Under the pieces are notes generated by a model, which had not been told where the DNA came from, searched no databases, and worked only from the letters and a program-made list of their open reading frames with translations. A stretch of 64,000 nt of DNA. It comes from Patescibacteria group bacterium. GTDB lineage: Bacteria; Patescibacteriota; Patescibacteriia; PEXW01. This document shows positions 48,519 to 58,182 of this stretch, in pieces. The position numbers and the translations under genes are program-made. Where the stretch lies: the NCBI GenBank assembly GCA_041671325.1, contig JBAZBR010000001.1, positions 153,771 through 217,770 on the forward strand, in the 5' to 3' direction. Each line of letters starts with the position of its first letter. Position 1 is the first letter of the stretch.

Positions 48519-49337
48519 TTAATCTGTATGTTTCCACTCCGGTAAACCTTTAAGAAATGAATTGATGATTTCTTCGTTAATATTTAGACTTCGTAAGTTC
48601 TGCGTATCTATTTTTGTACGAAATTCTACACCGGCGCTTGATATACCCGGAAAGAAGAGTTTTTTAAGTTCCTTAGTAAAACCTAAATCATCAATGATTT
48701 GGTGAAGCGACTTTTTGAGAGTTGTTCTCATTCCCGACTCGATATCCTTTTTCGTATGCTTTTGATCAGGATGAGCAAAAACATACTCACAAAATTTATC
48801 ATTTTCGCTGTCAAAGTTAGGCCTACTAAGAATGCGGTCGTTAATAATCAGCTCACGGGTTTTGGGACGAAAAATAGAGTAAATGGAGCGGGGATCAATA
48901 CTATTATGTGAATAGACAATAGATTGTTTCTTCTTACTTCCAGCTTTCAACTTTTGAAAAGAAGGTTCGACATCTTCATATTCGTCTGCGACCCATTTTA
49001 AGTAGTTTTCAAAAGCAACATTATCAATAATTTGTATAGAAAAATGATCTAAGGGAGCGACATGATCGGTTAGGGTAATCCACCTGTACCGAATACCACC
49101 ACCCTCAAGTGAAGCTTTTTTTAGAATGCTTTCAACTTCGGATTGATTTTTTACAAGTCCTCGGCCGGCTTCGAAGAAGTCAGTCCATTTGATATTAAAA
49201 TTAACCTGATCACGTGGCGCTATCTCTTTTCGTTGCCGTATATAAAGTAATATCCTCTTTATCTTCAGAAGGCCGTCTCTCTTGAGTTGTAATTGATTCT
49301 TATCTTGTTGATCCATAGTAATAATATACTTGCACAA
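48519..49337 (-). CDS. hypothetical protein (low GC, about 35%)
   Basis: It is an ORF with no recognised domain. A nested perfect hairpin lies upstream at 49426-49497. Confidence 0.4.
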   Translation of the reverse strand: MCKYIITMDQQDKNQLQLKRDGLLKIKRILLYIRQRKEIAPRDQVNFNIKWTDFFEAGRGLVKNQSEVESILKKASLEGGGIRYRWITLTDHVAPLDHFSIQIIDNVAFENYLKWVADEYEDVEPSFQKLKAGSKKKQSIVYSHNSIDPRSIYSIFRPKTRELIINDRILSRPNFDSENDKFCEYVFAHPDQKHTKKDIESGMRTTLKKSLHQIIDDLGFTKELKKLFFPGISSAGVEFRTKIDTQNLRSLNINEEIINSFLKGLPEWKHTD

Positions 49338-49585
49338 TGTCCTGCTTTTCAGTATGATTTTATCAGCTTCAAGACTTTTTTCAAGAGCAAATGCGTTAGC
49401 AGAATAGACAATTTTCGAGCCTAAACCTCACTTCGTGAGGCATGGTACCAAACCCCTTAGTAGATACTGAACCCCGTGTTCAGCGACTCTACTAAGGGTC
49501 ACATTCCGAAAGGGATGTGGGTGGCCGAAAGGTCGCTAGCTGGCGCGGGGTTTTGTGTTTTTACTCTCTTATCAAATCATAAACT

Positions 49586-49885
49586 ATGGAAAGTTCTGCA
49601 GAAAAAATTATCAAAGTGCAACAAAAAAGATACTACCATTGTGAAAAGTGTGGTTCCTATACAAGAGCGCCAATTGAAGAGCCAAACTTCTTTTTCCTGT
49701 TGTTGGGAGGTTTTCTGATAGCACTTATTCGTCAATGGGTAAAATCTAAGCCGCCTAAAGTATGCGTGAAATGCGGTAGTAGTATTACATCAAAAGAAAT
49801 ATTTTTAAGAACAGAGATGGGTAAAAGCCGAAAGGAAATTGCATTTTATTTACCCTCAGGTGATAGAGTTCAATCGCAAACTTAA
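49586..49885 (+). CDS. hypothetical zinc-ribbon membrane protein
   Basis: It has CEKCG...CVKCG flanking one TM helix. Confidence 0.35.
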   Translation: MESSAEKIIKVQQKRYYHCEKCGSYTRAPIEEPNFFFLLLGGFLIALIRQWVKSKPPKVCVKCGSSITSKEIFLRTEMGKSRKEIAFYLPSGDRVQSQT

Positions 49886-50437
49886 TATATGAAAATTGTT
49901 AAAGCTAAACAGTCTTTTATTATTCTTGCCGTACTGTGGTTTATGATGTTGATCCCGATTATTGTGGACGCTCATTTGAGTCGTGTTGGGGCACTGATTT
50001 TCTGGCTGCCCTTTTGCTTTATGATTTTCTACTTGTATCGTATTTTAACCCCATGACCTCACGTCTCGAAAAAGTACTCATTGTAAGTATGGGTTTTAAT
50101 TGTCATCCAATGTCCCGCCGCTGATGGTGGTGTAGCGGATGACGTGGTCAATCTTATGCAACAGTCAAATTCAACCCATATAGTTATTGGTATCAGTGCT
50201 TTCATTGCCAGTTTTTTCTTCTATTTCATATTGCTTCCACGAAGTATCACGGTGAGTTATGCTTATGAAGATACCTTAAGCTTGAGTACTCTGTGGCTAG
50301 TTCTTGGTACTTTATGTTTTTGGATCGCTTTTTTGTGTGTGTATGGTTATTTCAAAAAATAATAGAACATTATTATCTCGGCATGTCGATATAAAGAGAC
50401 TTTGTTCTACTGGATATAATGCTTTATCGAAATAGCA

Positions 50438-51283
50438 ATGTATAAAATTTTTATCTTTGAGGACGATCATTTTCTACGTGAGATGTATGTTGGGATGCTT
50501 AAGACAGAAGGTTTTGAGGTTTTTGAATTTGAATATCCGCCAATTAACGTGGTGGATATTATCGCTCAAGCAAAACCCGACGTGATAATATTTGGTATAC
50601 TGCCGAACCTTTCGGGTCCTGAAACTATTAAGCAGTTGCAAGTTGACCCAAGAACCAAGAATATCCCTTGTCTTGACCTTGGTAACATCAATAAACCTAT
50701 TGATAAAAAATCTCATAAATGGAGCGGCGCGGATGACTATAAAATGATGGCTGACATGATGCCTTCTGCTGTTATCAACCGCGCGAAGGCGTTGATCGGT
50801 TTGCCTCCAACTAAATATAAATCAGTATACAAACAGAAACCTTTAGAAACATTACAACCACCAGCTACGCCAACTAAAGTTGCAAATCCACAATACAACT
50901 TTAAAATAATGATGTTTGAAGATGATCTGTTTATGCAGGGAATGTATGAACTAAAATACCAAGCGCATGGTATTACAGTAGTTGCATTTGAATACCCACC
51001 AGTAAATGTTGCTGATGTAGTTGCAAAAGAAAAACCAGATGTAATATCTATGGGAGTAATTATGCCACACATGGATGGTTTTGAGGCAGCGGCTATTCTT
51101 CATAAAGATCCACGAACAAAAGCCATTCCACTTTTCTTTTTTACAAACATGGGGAGGAAAAAAGACATTGAAAAAGGCGTGTCTTTAGGAGCGGTAGATT
51201 ACATAATTAAAACTAATTGTCCTCCCCAGGCAGTTCTTGAAAGGGTAGTAACGATTGTACAAAAATCAAATGCTAACCATTAA
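50438..51283 (+). CDS. tandem receiver-like (REC-REC) protein, a paralog of the REC protein at 19962. The first domain lacks the phospho-acceptor Asp.
   Basis: Its second half (DVISMGVIMPHMDGF...FFFTNMGRKKDIEKGVSLGAVDYIIKT) is clearly similar to 19962..20330. Its first half has FGILPNLSG in place of the acceptor Asp. Confidence 0.55.
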   Translation: MYKIFIFEDDHFLREMYVGMLKTEGFEVFEFEYPPINVVDIIAQAKPDVIIFGILPNLSGPETIKQLQVDPRTKNIPCLDLGNINKPIDKKSHKWSGADDYKMMADMMPSAVINRAKALIGLPPTKYKSVYKQKPLETLQPPATPTKVANPQYNFKIMMFEDDLFMQGMYELKYQAHGITVVAFEYPPVNVADVVAKEKPDVISMGVIMPHMDGFEAAAILHKDPRTKAIPLFFFTNMGRKKDIEKGVSLGAVDYIIKTNCPPQAVLERVVTIVQKSNANH

Positions 51284-51614
51284 CCACGCTAGAAAGCTAA
51301 TTGGCGACAGTGCGCTTACTGATGATGAAGTTCAGGATATTATGGATAGACTTTACCAACTGGCAGCAACTGGGTTAGATCATTACGTTGCTTATCGTAA
51401 AAACGGAAAGGAGGAAAGTGATGTAGCGCCATTTTTTATAAAAAGGGGAAACGTGTAGTAGGTTAAAAGATTTAGAGCAGCCCTTTCTGCAGAAGGTATG
51501 GCGGTTAGTACGGATTTTTTACGTTTTAAAGTAGTAAGTAACAGGGTGGGGACGCTTGACGACCTGAGCAAATTACGAGAGGATTAAGCCATCAAATTTT
51601 AACCATATACACCT

Positions 51615-52544
51615 ATGGACAACCAACCTCAACCAACAACATCAACTAATAAAGCTCTGTGGATCGTGCTTATTATTGTAGTCCTCGCAATTGCCGGGTA
51701 TGGGATATATACGCTTGTTTCTAATCAAGACAATGAAAATACTAACAATGCCAATACCGCCGTAAACCAGAATACGAATGTGGTTGCTAATTCAAACATT
51801 GCTCTGAATCAGAACACGAATAGCGCCATAAACGGAAATGCGAATCTGAATGTGAATGCCGAGAATACAAATGGTTCGGTTAGCGCTAACCAGAATAGTA
51901 ATACATCCATAGTCAGTTTTACAAAAGGGTCATATGATTATACTGACCAACTGAAGAATTCATTTACCAACGCTACCTATTACATTCGTAAAGCGACCGG
52001 TGAACAGTTTTGTGGTGTAAATGGATCTGGGGTATGTGAATTGGTTCGAGCAGAAACCAATGAGTCGTTCATGGTTGTGGCGAACCTCTTTTTTAAAGAA
52101 ACTCCAAAGACATCTGGTGCGCTCCAGGGTGCATCGCTCCTTACGTTCTCTGATGCTAACACGCTTATCATTAAGTATGCTTCGGGTGACCATGGTGGCA
52201 GCAGTAGTAGCGTATACGCCTATAATCTTAAGACTAAGAATTTGCAACAAAAAATTGTTTTTATTCAAGCGGAATCCAGCACTTCTGGCACATACGGTGT
52301 TGATTACTACCAGATTGAAAAAGATGGAAAGAAGCTAGTTTTTGTGAACAACTCTACATCTACGTATACAACGGTAGGTATATTTACTGTCTCAGGCTCT
52401 ACAGTCACGCCCCTCTCTTCATCTATCACAACGCCTTTTACGGTGGTGTTTGATGTAGCAAAAAATTACCAGAATAATAGAATTTCATTGCTAGTTAATA
52501 ATACTACTCTCACATTTGATTTTTTAACCCTCAGATTCGAGTAG
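51615..52544 (+). CDS. membrane-anchored Asn/Thr-rich low-complexity secreted protein
   Basis: It has an N-terminal TM helix followed by NQNTN-type repeats. Confidence 0.4.
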   Translation: MDNQPQPTTSTNKALWIVLIIVVLAIAGYGIYTLVSNQDNENTNNANTAVNQNTNVVANSNIALNQNTNSAINGNANLNVNAENTNGSVSANQNSNTSIVSFTKGSYDYTDQLKNSFTNATYYIRKATGEQFCGVNGSGVCELVRAETNESFMVVANLFFKETPKTSGALQGASLLTFSDANTLIIKYASGDHGGSSSSVYAYNLKTKNLQQKIVFIQAESSTSGTYGVDYYQIEKDGKKLVFVNNSTSTYTTVGIFTVSGSTVTPLSSSITTPFTVVFDVAKNYQNNRISLLVNNTTLTFDFLTLRFE

Positions 52545-52608
52545 TTACAAATCCAATAACGGACATTCACAACTTAATACTTAACTAAAACCCAAACACA
52601 GGAGGTCA

Positions 52609-55332
52609 GTGATGAAACTGACAAAAGTAATGTGGCTAGTAGTAGTCACAGTTGTTCTCTGGACTGCTGGACTTTCTCTAGCTGCAGAAGGACCGGCGAT
52701 GTTACCGATCTTTGGTAACCACGCAAGGGGCGCCTCAGCAGGTTGGAAGTTCACGGAGTACGCATGTGGGTATCCAAATGGGTGTGTTTATCACCCTGGG
52801 TGGGACTTTAATTTGTCCAATCCAAACGATGCCCATCAGAATGTTTACGCCATTGCGGACGGCACGGTGGTTAGCGCGGCGCCCCATTACCCAACCACAT
52901 GGGGATCCGTAATTATTGAGCATAACATCAATGGACAGCACTTTTACTCACAGTATGGTCACTGTGAAGAAGTATTTGTTATTGCTAACCAGCAAGTGCA
53001 TAAGGGGAATCGAATTGCAAAGGTTGGCGACATTGGCGCACAAGGTGCGTACCATTTGCACTGGGAGATAAGAACAACCTCTCATGAGAACCCGGCTCTT
53101 CTGGATTACTGGACTGATAATCTAAAGAATCAAGCAACGGTTGAATCTTGGTACCGTAATCCTGAACGCATGATTGTCCGTCTGGACATTGATGCCGAAC
53201 GACAATCACAAGGCGAAGGGAACTATGGCAGTCTGGTGCAGGACAACGACTGGTTTATTCCCCTGAACGCCGATGCTCCGTACAACGGTGACAACACCCC
53301 GAAGACTTGTTACGTCCAAAGATGGTCGGGTGGCACGTTCGGCCCCTGTGGCGTTATCTATGATGCTCTCGGTGGAACTCGTACCGCCTATACAGTTCGT
53401 AACGGTTTCTGGGGTACGTGGAACGGTGCGGGTGGCCCCTCGAGCTCCATTGGCATACCCATAACCAATGAGTACAACAATGGCGGCTCAACTGCCAGAC
53501 AGGATTTTCAGAAAGGATACCTGTATTGGAACGGTAGTTCAGTGTCAGTCAATTACTATCCAAACTGTTCGCCTGGTTGGACCTCATCAGGCTGGAACAA
53601 CCAGTACTCGTATCTCTTCGCTCGGGCGTATGAACGCAACGGTGCGCGAAATGCGCTCGGTGAGGCAATTGGGCAGGTAAATGGCTGGAACGGTTTCTTT
53701 CGTCAGAATTTCACTGACGGTCGCTGTGTAATATACGACCCGAACAACGCTGTGGACAATTCTGCAGCGACGAACGAGGCGTACTACCTCACTGGCAACT
53801 TCTACACCGTGTATTTCCAAGAGTACCCGAGCGCCTGGCAAACCATCGGCCCCCCGACGCGCGATCGCGAGGGAAATGTGCAGTACTTTAAGACTGGCCG
53901 GATGGTGGAAGAGGCGAACGGCGTAATCCGCGTGTACAACGCGAGTGGCCAGCAAGTGTGGACGAACTACGTTGGGGGTGCTGGTGGCGGAGGAGACCCG
54001 TACGTCGACCTCGCCGTTCTGTACGATTACGGCGGGTGCCAGACGCGAGCCCATACGTTCCTGTCTACGGGTAGTACGTTCAACTACCAAGGTAACGAAG
54101 GCTGGGCGATCCTGAACAACTATTGCTTGCAGTATGTTGTGCGGAGCGTATCTGGCGACTTCGACGGTAATGGCGTTGCCGATGTGGCCATGCTTTACCA
54201 ATACGGCGAGTGTAGCGTCGGCATCCACGTGCTCCTCTCTACGGGTGCAAGCTTCACATACCAACCATACTGGTGGCAGTCGAGTGGGTTCTGTCCATAC
54301 GCCATCAGGGGTATGGTTGCCGGTGACTTCAATGGCGATGGTAAGGATGATATTGCCACGGTCTACGACTTCGGGAACAACCAAATCCGCATCTTCGTCT
54401 TGCTCTCTACAGGCAGTGGCTTCGCGTACCAGCCAGGAAACGAAGCCTGGTTGATTAACTACAGCTACGATGGGAGTGCGGTGAAGTTCGTGAACGCTGG
54501 TGATTTGAACGCCGACGGTAAAGACGACATTGTCATGGCCTACCGTTACGGCCCCTCAAGTACAGCGTTGCACGTCTTCCTTTCCACGGGTTCCAGCTTC
54601 ACATATCAGTCCTTCTGGTTCTGGGCTGATGGCTGGTTCGCCCTGGACGCCATGAAGTTCATGGAGATGGGTGACCTGAATGGCGATGGGAAGTGCGACG
54701 TGGTTATGGCCTGTCGGTACGGGTCGAATGAAATGGCTCTGCTCACATTCCTCTCCACCGGTACTGGCTTTAACTACCAGGGCTGGTGGTACCACAACGT
54801 CTCCTACAGCCTAGATGCTGTGAAATACATGGCGGTTGGGGATATCACTGGTGATGGCCTGGCCGACGTAGCTATGTCTTACCTCTATAGTGAGTATTCC
54901 GGTGCCATCCACTGTTTTACTTCCAGTGGTTCGGGCTTCAACTACTCGCCGTGGTGGTGGCAGAGTACGAGCTACGGCTGGGACCATACGAACGGTTTCT
55001 TCCTTGGGAAGTTCGACGGCAGCGGTACGCCAAAAGTGCTGGCAGGTGATCAGGAATGTTCACTCCCGCTGATGTTCCAGCTTAACCAGAATTACCCGAA
55101 CCCATTTAACCCGGCAACAGTAATTGCCTATACGTTACCAAGCGCCACGCACGTAACCCTAGAGGTGTACAACGTCTTGGGTCAGCGTGTTACGACTTTG
55201 GTAGATGAACAGCAAACAGCAGGTGAGCATACCGCTACTTGGGATGCTAACCCCTACTCTTCCGGCGTGTACTTCTATCGTCTCCGAGCTGGAGAAGCCA
55301 CGGAGACGAAAAAGATGCTCTTGCTGAAATGA
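52609..55332 (+). CDS. secreted M23-family peptidase fused to FG-GAP/VCBS-type repeats and a T9SS-type C-terminal sorting domain (Por_Secre_tail-like). It has high GC (about 52%).
   Basis: It has a signal peptide and M23 motifs (HPGWDF...D, HLHWE). Repeated GDFDGNGVADV / GDFNGDGKDDI / GDLNADGKDDI motifs are present. The C-terminal NYPNPFNPAT...GVYFYRL beta-sandwich tail is typical of T9SS cargo. Confidence 0.65.
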   Translation: MMKLTKVMWLVVVTVVLWTAGLSLAAEGPAMLPIFGNHARGASAGWKFTEYACGYPNGCVYHPGWDFNLSNPNDAHQNVYAIADGTVVSAAPHYPTTWGSVIIEHNINGQHFYSQYGHCEEVFVIANQQVHKGNRIAKVGDIGAQGAYHLHWEIRTTSHENPALLDYWTDNLKNQATVESWYRNPERMIVRLDIDAERQSQGEGNYGSLVQDNDWFIPLNADAPYNGDNTPKTCYVQRWSGGTFGPCGVIYDALGGTRTAYTVRNGFWGTWNGAGGPSSSIGIPITNEYNNGGSTARQDFQKGYLYWNGSSVSVNYYPNCSPGWTSSGWNNQYSYLFARAYERNGARNALGEAIGQVNGWNGFFRQNFTDGRCVIYDPNNAVDNSAATNEAYYLTGNFYTVYFQEYPSAWQTIGPPTRDREGNVQYFKTGRMVEEANGVIRVYNASGQQVWTNYVGGAGGGGDPYVDLAVLYDYGGCQTRAHTFLSTGSTFNYQGNEGWAILNNYCLQYVVRSVSGDFDGNGVADVAMLYQYGECSVGIHVLLSTGASFTYQPYWWQSSGFCPYAIRGMVAGDFNGDGKDDIATVYDFGNNQIRIFVLLSTGSGFAYQPGNEAWLINYSYDGSAVKFVNAGDLNADGKDDIVMAYRYGPSSTALHVFLSTGSSFTYQSFWFWADGWFALDAMKFMEMGDLNGDGKCDVVMACRYGSNEMALLTFLSTGTGFNYQGWWYHNVSYSLDAVKYMAVGDITGDGLADVAMSYLYSEYSGAIHCFTSSGSGFNYSPWWWQSTSYGWDHTNGFFLGKFDGSGTPKVLAGDQECSLPLMFQLNQNYPNPFNPATVIAYTLPSATHVTLEVYNVLGQRVTTLVDEQQTAGEHTATWDANPYSSGVYFYRLRAGEATETKKMLLLK

Positions 55333-55499
55333 TCTTAACCTTAAACATCAACACGCCCTGCGGACTATCCGTGGGGCGTTTTTCAATTCAGAAATTTAAA
55401 ATTAGCAATAGTGAGTTGCGGTAATCACGAAAATTTTTTATAGTAAAGACTATTTTTAATGGATCTTGCCTCCCAAATATAACTCATTAGGTGTAAGAT

Positions 55500-56432
55500 T
55501 TGATCATGCGAAAGCCCCTAGAAAAACTTAGAAAAATTGGCCTAAAGCATGCTCTTAGCACGCGTCTTTACGGAATCGTTGGTGTTTTTATTGTATTATC
55601 CTTCGCCATCCCCCAGTTATCACTAGCGTCAACAATTACCGCTCGTTCTTTGGCACTCAAGCTTACCGTACACGCAGAGGATGGAGCCGGGTATGTTCGT
55701 TCTGCATTTAAGCTATGGATTGATGCTGACCATGACGGTTGTGATACGCGACAGGAGGTATTGATTGTTGAATCAAAGGTTAAACCTAAGCTTGGAGCCA
55801 AATGTAAAATTATCTCGGGCAAGTGGATATCCTGGTATGACAACAAAACCTGGACGAAACCTGCTGACGTTGCTATTGATCATGTTGTCCCTCTTAAGGA
55901 AGCCTGGGATTCTGGGGCAAAATTTTGGACAGCCGCAACCCGCGAGCGTTATGCAAACGATTTAAGTTTCAGTTGGGGACTTGATGCCATAACTAGCAAA
56001 GTTAACTCCAGTAAGGGTGACAAAGACCCCGCTCAGTGGCTCCCTCCACTCACTTCCGCACGGTGTACCTATGCTATCCATTGGGTTGCAATTAAATACC
56101 GATGGAAGCTTACCGTTGACTCTGCTGAGCAAAAAAAGTTACTATCCATCCTCTCTGGTACCTGTGGCTCACGTACACTTACAGTACCAACTGTAATTGC
56201 TACAAGTACCACGATAAATCAAAATACCAATGCAAACACTAATACAATCAACACCAGTGCGCCTATTATTGCCCCGGTCCAGACGCCCGCACCAACACCA
56301 GTAGTTGTTACTCCAGTACCTAACACGAGTTCCTGTTGCAAAGTTTGTACAAGCGGGCAAGCTTGTGGCGATAGCTGTATTTCTTGGTCTTACACATGCC
56401 ATAAGGGCGTAGGCTGCGCCTGCCAAGGATAA
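55500..56432 (+). CDS. secreted HNH-like nuclease-fold protein (GmrSD C-terminal / DUF1524-like) with a Cys-rich C-terminus
   Basis: It has a signal/TM anchor, IDHVVPLKEAW...N...SKGDKDP (a His-Me finger-like motif) and a C-terminal CCKVCTSGQACGDSC. Confidence 0.45.
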   Translation: MIMRKPLEKLRKIGLKHALSTRLYGIVGVFIVLSFAIPQLSLASTITARSLALKLTVHAEDGAGYVRSAFKLWIDADHDGCDTRQEVLIVESKVKPKLGAKCKIISGKWISWYDNKTWTKPADVAIDHVVPLKEAWDSGAKFWTAATRERYANDLSFSWGLDAITSKVNSSKGDKDPAQWLPPLTSARCTYAIHWVAIKYRWKLTVDSAEQKKLLSILSGTCGSRTLTVPTVIATSTTINQNTNANTNTINTSAPIIAPVQTPAPTPVVVTPVPNTSSCCKVCTSGQACGDSCISWSYTCHKGVGCACQG

Positions 56433-56441
56433 ATCATTCCA

Positions 56442-56990
56442 ATGTCAATGAAATGGAACAAAGCTAGTACCCTAGTGGTTTTACTTTTTCTTGTAACAGT
56501 AACTCTAAATTTTTATTATGGTTCTGTTTTATATTCAAAAGTATTAGGGAAGCAGTACCAATTCACTATTGGCAAGGAATGTTTTAAATCACGTCCTGAT
56601 TGCGAAGCAAAGTATTTTCAAGGTTATTTAGATAAAATTGGTTCTCTTACCAATGAGAGCAGAACCTATTTTTCAAACATCATTATTCAAAACAACCAAA
56701 AAGGATATACAGGAAATTGTCCTTGTCCTTACGATAGTGATAGTGCGGGGAATAGTTGTGGAGGGAGATCTAGTTACTCAAAAAATGGACGAATATCATT
56801 TTGCTATGACTCCGATGTACCAGCTGAACAGATTGTGGACTTAAAGAGCTCGATGATTGCTCAGGAAAGAAAAAATCTTGATGATGCTATACAAAAAGAT
56901 ATTAACATTTATCACGAACAGTACACATTGCTTATAGTAGTAATTATATATAGTGTGATATTTTTCTACTTTAAAAATAAAAAATATTGA
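56442..56990 (+). CDS. hypothetical membrane protein with a Cys-rich central region
   Basis: It is an ORF with N- and C-terminal TM helices. Confidence 0.35.
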   Translation: MSMKWNKASTLVVLLFLVTVTLNFYYGSVLYSKVLGKQYQFTIGKECFKSRPDCEAKYFQGYLDKIGSLTNESRTYFSNIIIQNNQKGYTGNCPCPYDSDSAGNSCGGRSSYSKNGRISFCYDSDVPAEQIVDLKSSMIAQERKNLDDAIQKDINIYHEQYTLLIVVIIYSVIFFYFKNKKY

Positions 56991-57179
56991 AGGAATCTCC
57001 CTAGACACTGACACTTTAACGTTAAATAGAATTTAGCCATGATGTTGCTTTAAAAATTTTTTATTTTTTTCTAACAAACGAGGCGTATACTAGAGAAAAA
57101 TTTGGAGACGGCTCTTTATTTCAGGTGGGTAGGGGGGGGCGGTAATAAAACTTCACAAAATGAGTAGTATTGAGTATAC

Positions 57180-57716
57180 TTGAGTTGCTTTATGAATATC
57201 GCAATAACGGGCAATAGAAGAATATCCGAGACAATTCTTTACTTGCTCAAACGAGCTGATGAGAGAGGGGTACACAACCTCTCGAAATTTCAAATTATGA
57301 AACTTCTATACCTAATTGAGGTAGAGTATAGGAGATATCTTGGGAAAGGATTCTTTGAGACGCCAACATTTACAAGATTTGATCGAGGACCAATTCTTAA
57401 TGAAGCATATCCAATTATTGATACATTAATTTCAAGTGGTAAGGTCAAACTAACAATTCAAAGAAACCCAGGGTATGGACACGATAGGCATAGCCATTCT
57501 TTAAACAATCCAGATATTAAGGTGAGCCTTAGAGATGGAGAAAAAATATTCTTGAATAGTATTATTGATAGCTACATTGAATTAACACAAGCAAAATTGA
57601 GTAAAATTGCATACTCAACCGAACCAATGAAGAAAGTTCTGGCTAAAGAAAAAGGGGGAGAAATTTCTAAAGAAGCATTAGACATGGGACTAGTAAAAAA
57701 ACAAAGCTTTGGCTAA
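57180..57716 (+). CDS. Panacea-domain (DUF4065 / SocA-like) protein, a candidate antitoxin-associated protein
   Basis: It has the Panacea-like core KLLYLIEVEYRRYLGKGFFETPTFTRFDRGPI. Confidence 0.5.
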   Translation: MSCFMNIAITGNRRISETILYLLKRADERGVHNLSKFQIMKLLYLIEVEYRRYLGKGFFETPTFTRFDRGPILNEAYPIIDTLISSGKVKLTIQRNPGYGHDRHSHSLNNPDIKVSLRDGEKIFLNSIIDSYIELTQAKLSKIAYSTEPMKKVLAKEKGGEISKEALDMGLVKKQSFG

Positions 57717-58134
57717 TCCACCGGGATCAATACTTCATTTTACTAAGTACGTTTTCCTGGATAATAATGAGGCCAGGAACCATTTCGCTTTGCTTCTTAT
57801 CCCAGAGGACAAGACTAGTTTTACTAGAAGCGTTTGGTGTTGCGTCATTTCGTCAAACATTGATTACACCACTGGAATGAAAAAGTATTGTGTAAGGTTG
57901 GGAGAACGCTACCCATGTTTTTTACACCGTACTTACGTACACACTCACAAAATTGATTTACAGGAGAAAATTAATCTTCATAGAAACAACCCACGTGGGC
58001 TATTACGTGGAAGTGATCTCCGTCTTGTATTTCGAAAACTTCAAAGTTATATCTCTTCAAAAACATCATTAGAACCTGAAATCAAAGCCACCATATTCAG
58101 AGAGTGGCAGTTGCATTATGGGACCCTGCTTTGA
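57709..58134 (+). CDS. hypothetical protein (a possible partner of the Panacea-domain protein)
   Basis: It is an ORF overlapping the previous gene by 8 nt. Confidence 0.35.
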   Translation: MANPPGSILHFTKYVFLDNNEARNHFALLLIPEDKTSFTRSVWCCVISSNIDYTTGMKKYCVRLGERYPCFLHRTYVHTHKIDLQEKINLHRNNPRGLLRGSDLRLVFRKLQSYISSKTSLEPEIKATIFREWQLHYGTLL

Positions 58135-58182
58135 AGATGAGTTTTGTCCTGATTAAATAGTGAGTACTGGGGTGGGGTAAAT

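Noticed and set aside
53587-54384. 265-aa minus-strand ORF inside the 907-aa secreted protein gene
   Set aside because: It is an antisense ORF in a high-GC gene, which is expected by chance. The plus-strand frame has coherent M23 and FG-GAP domains.
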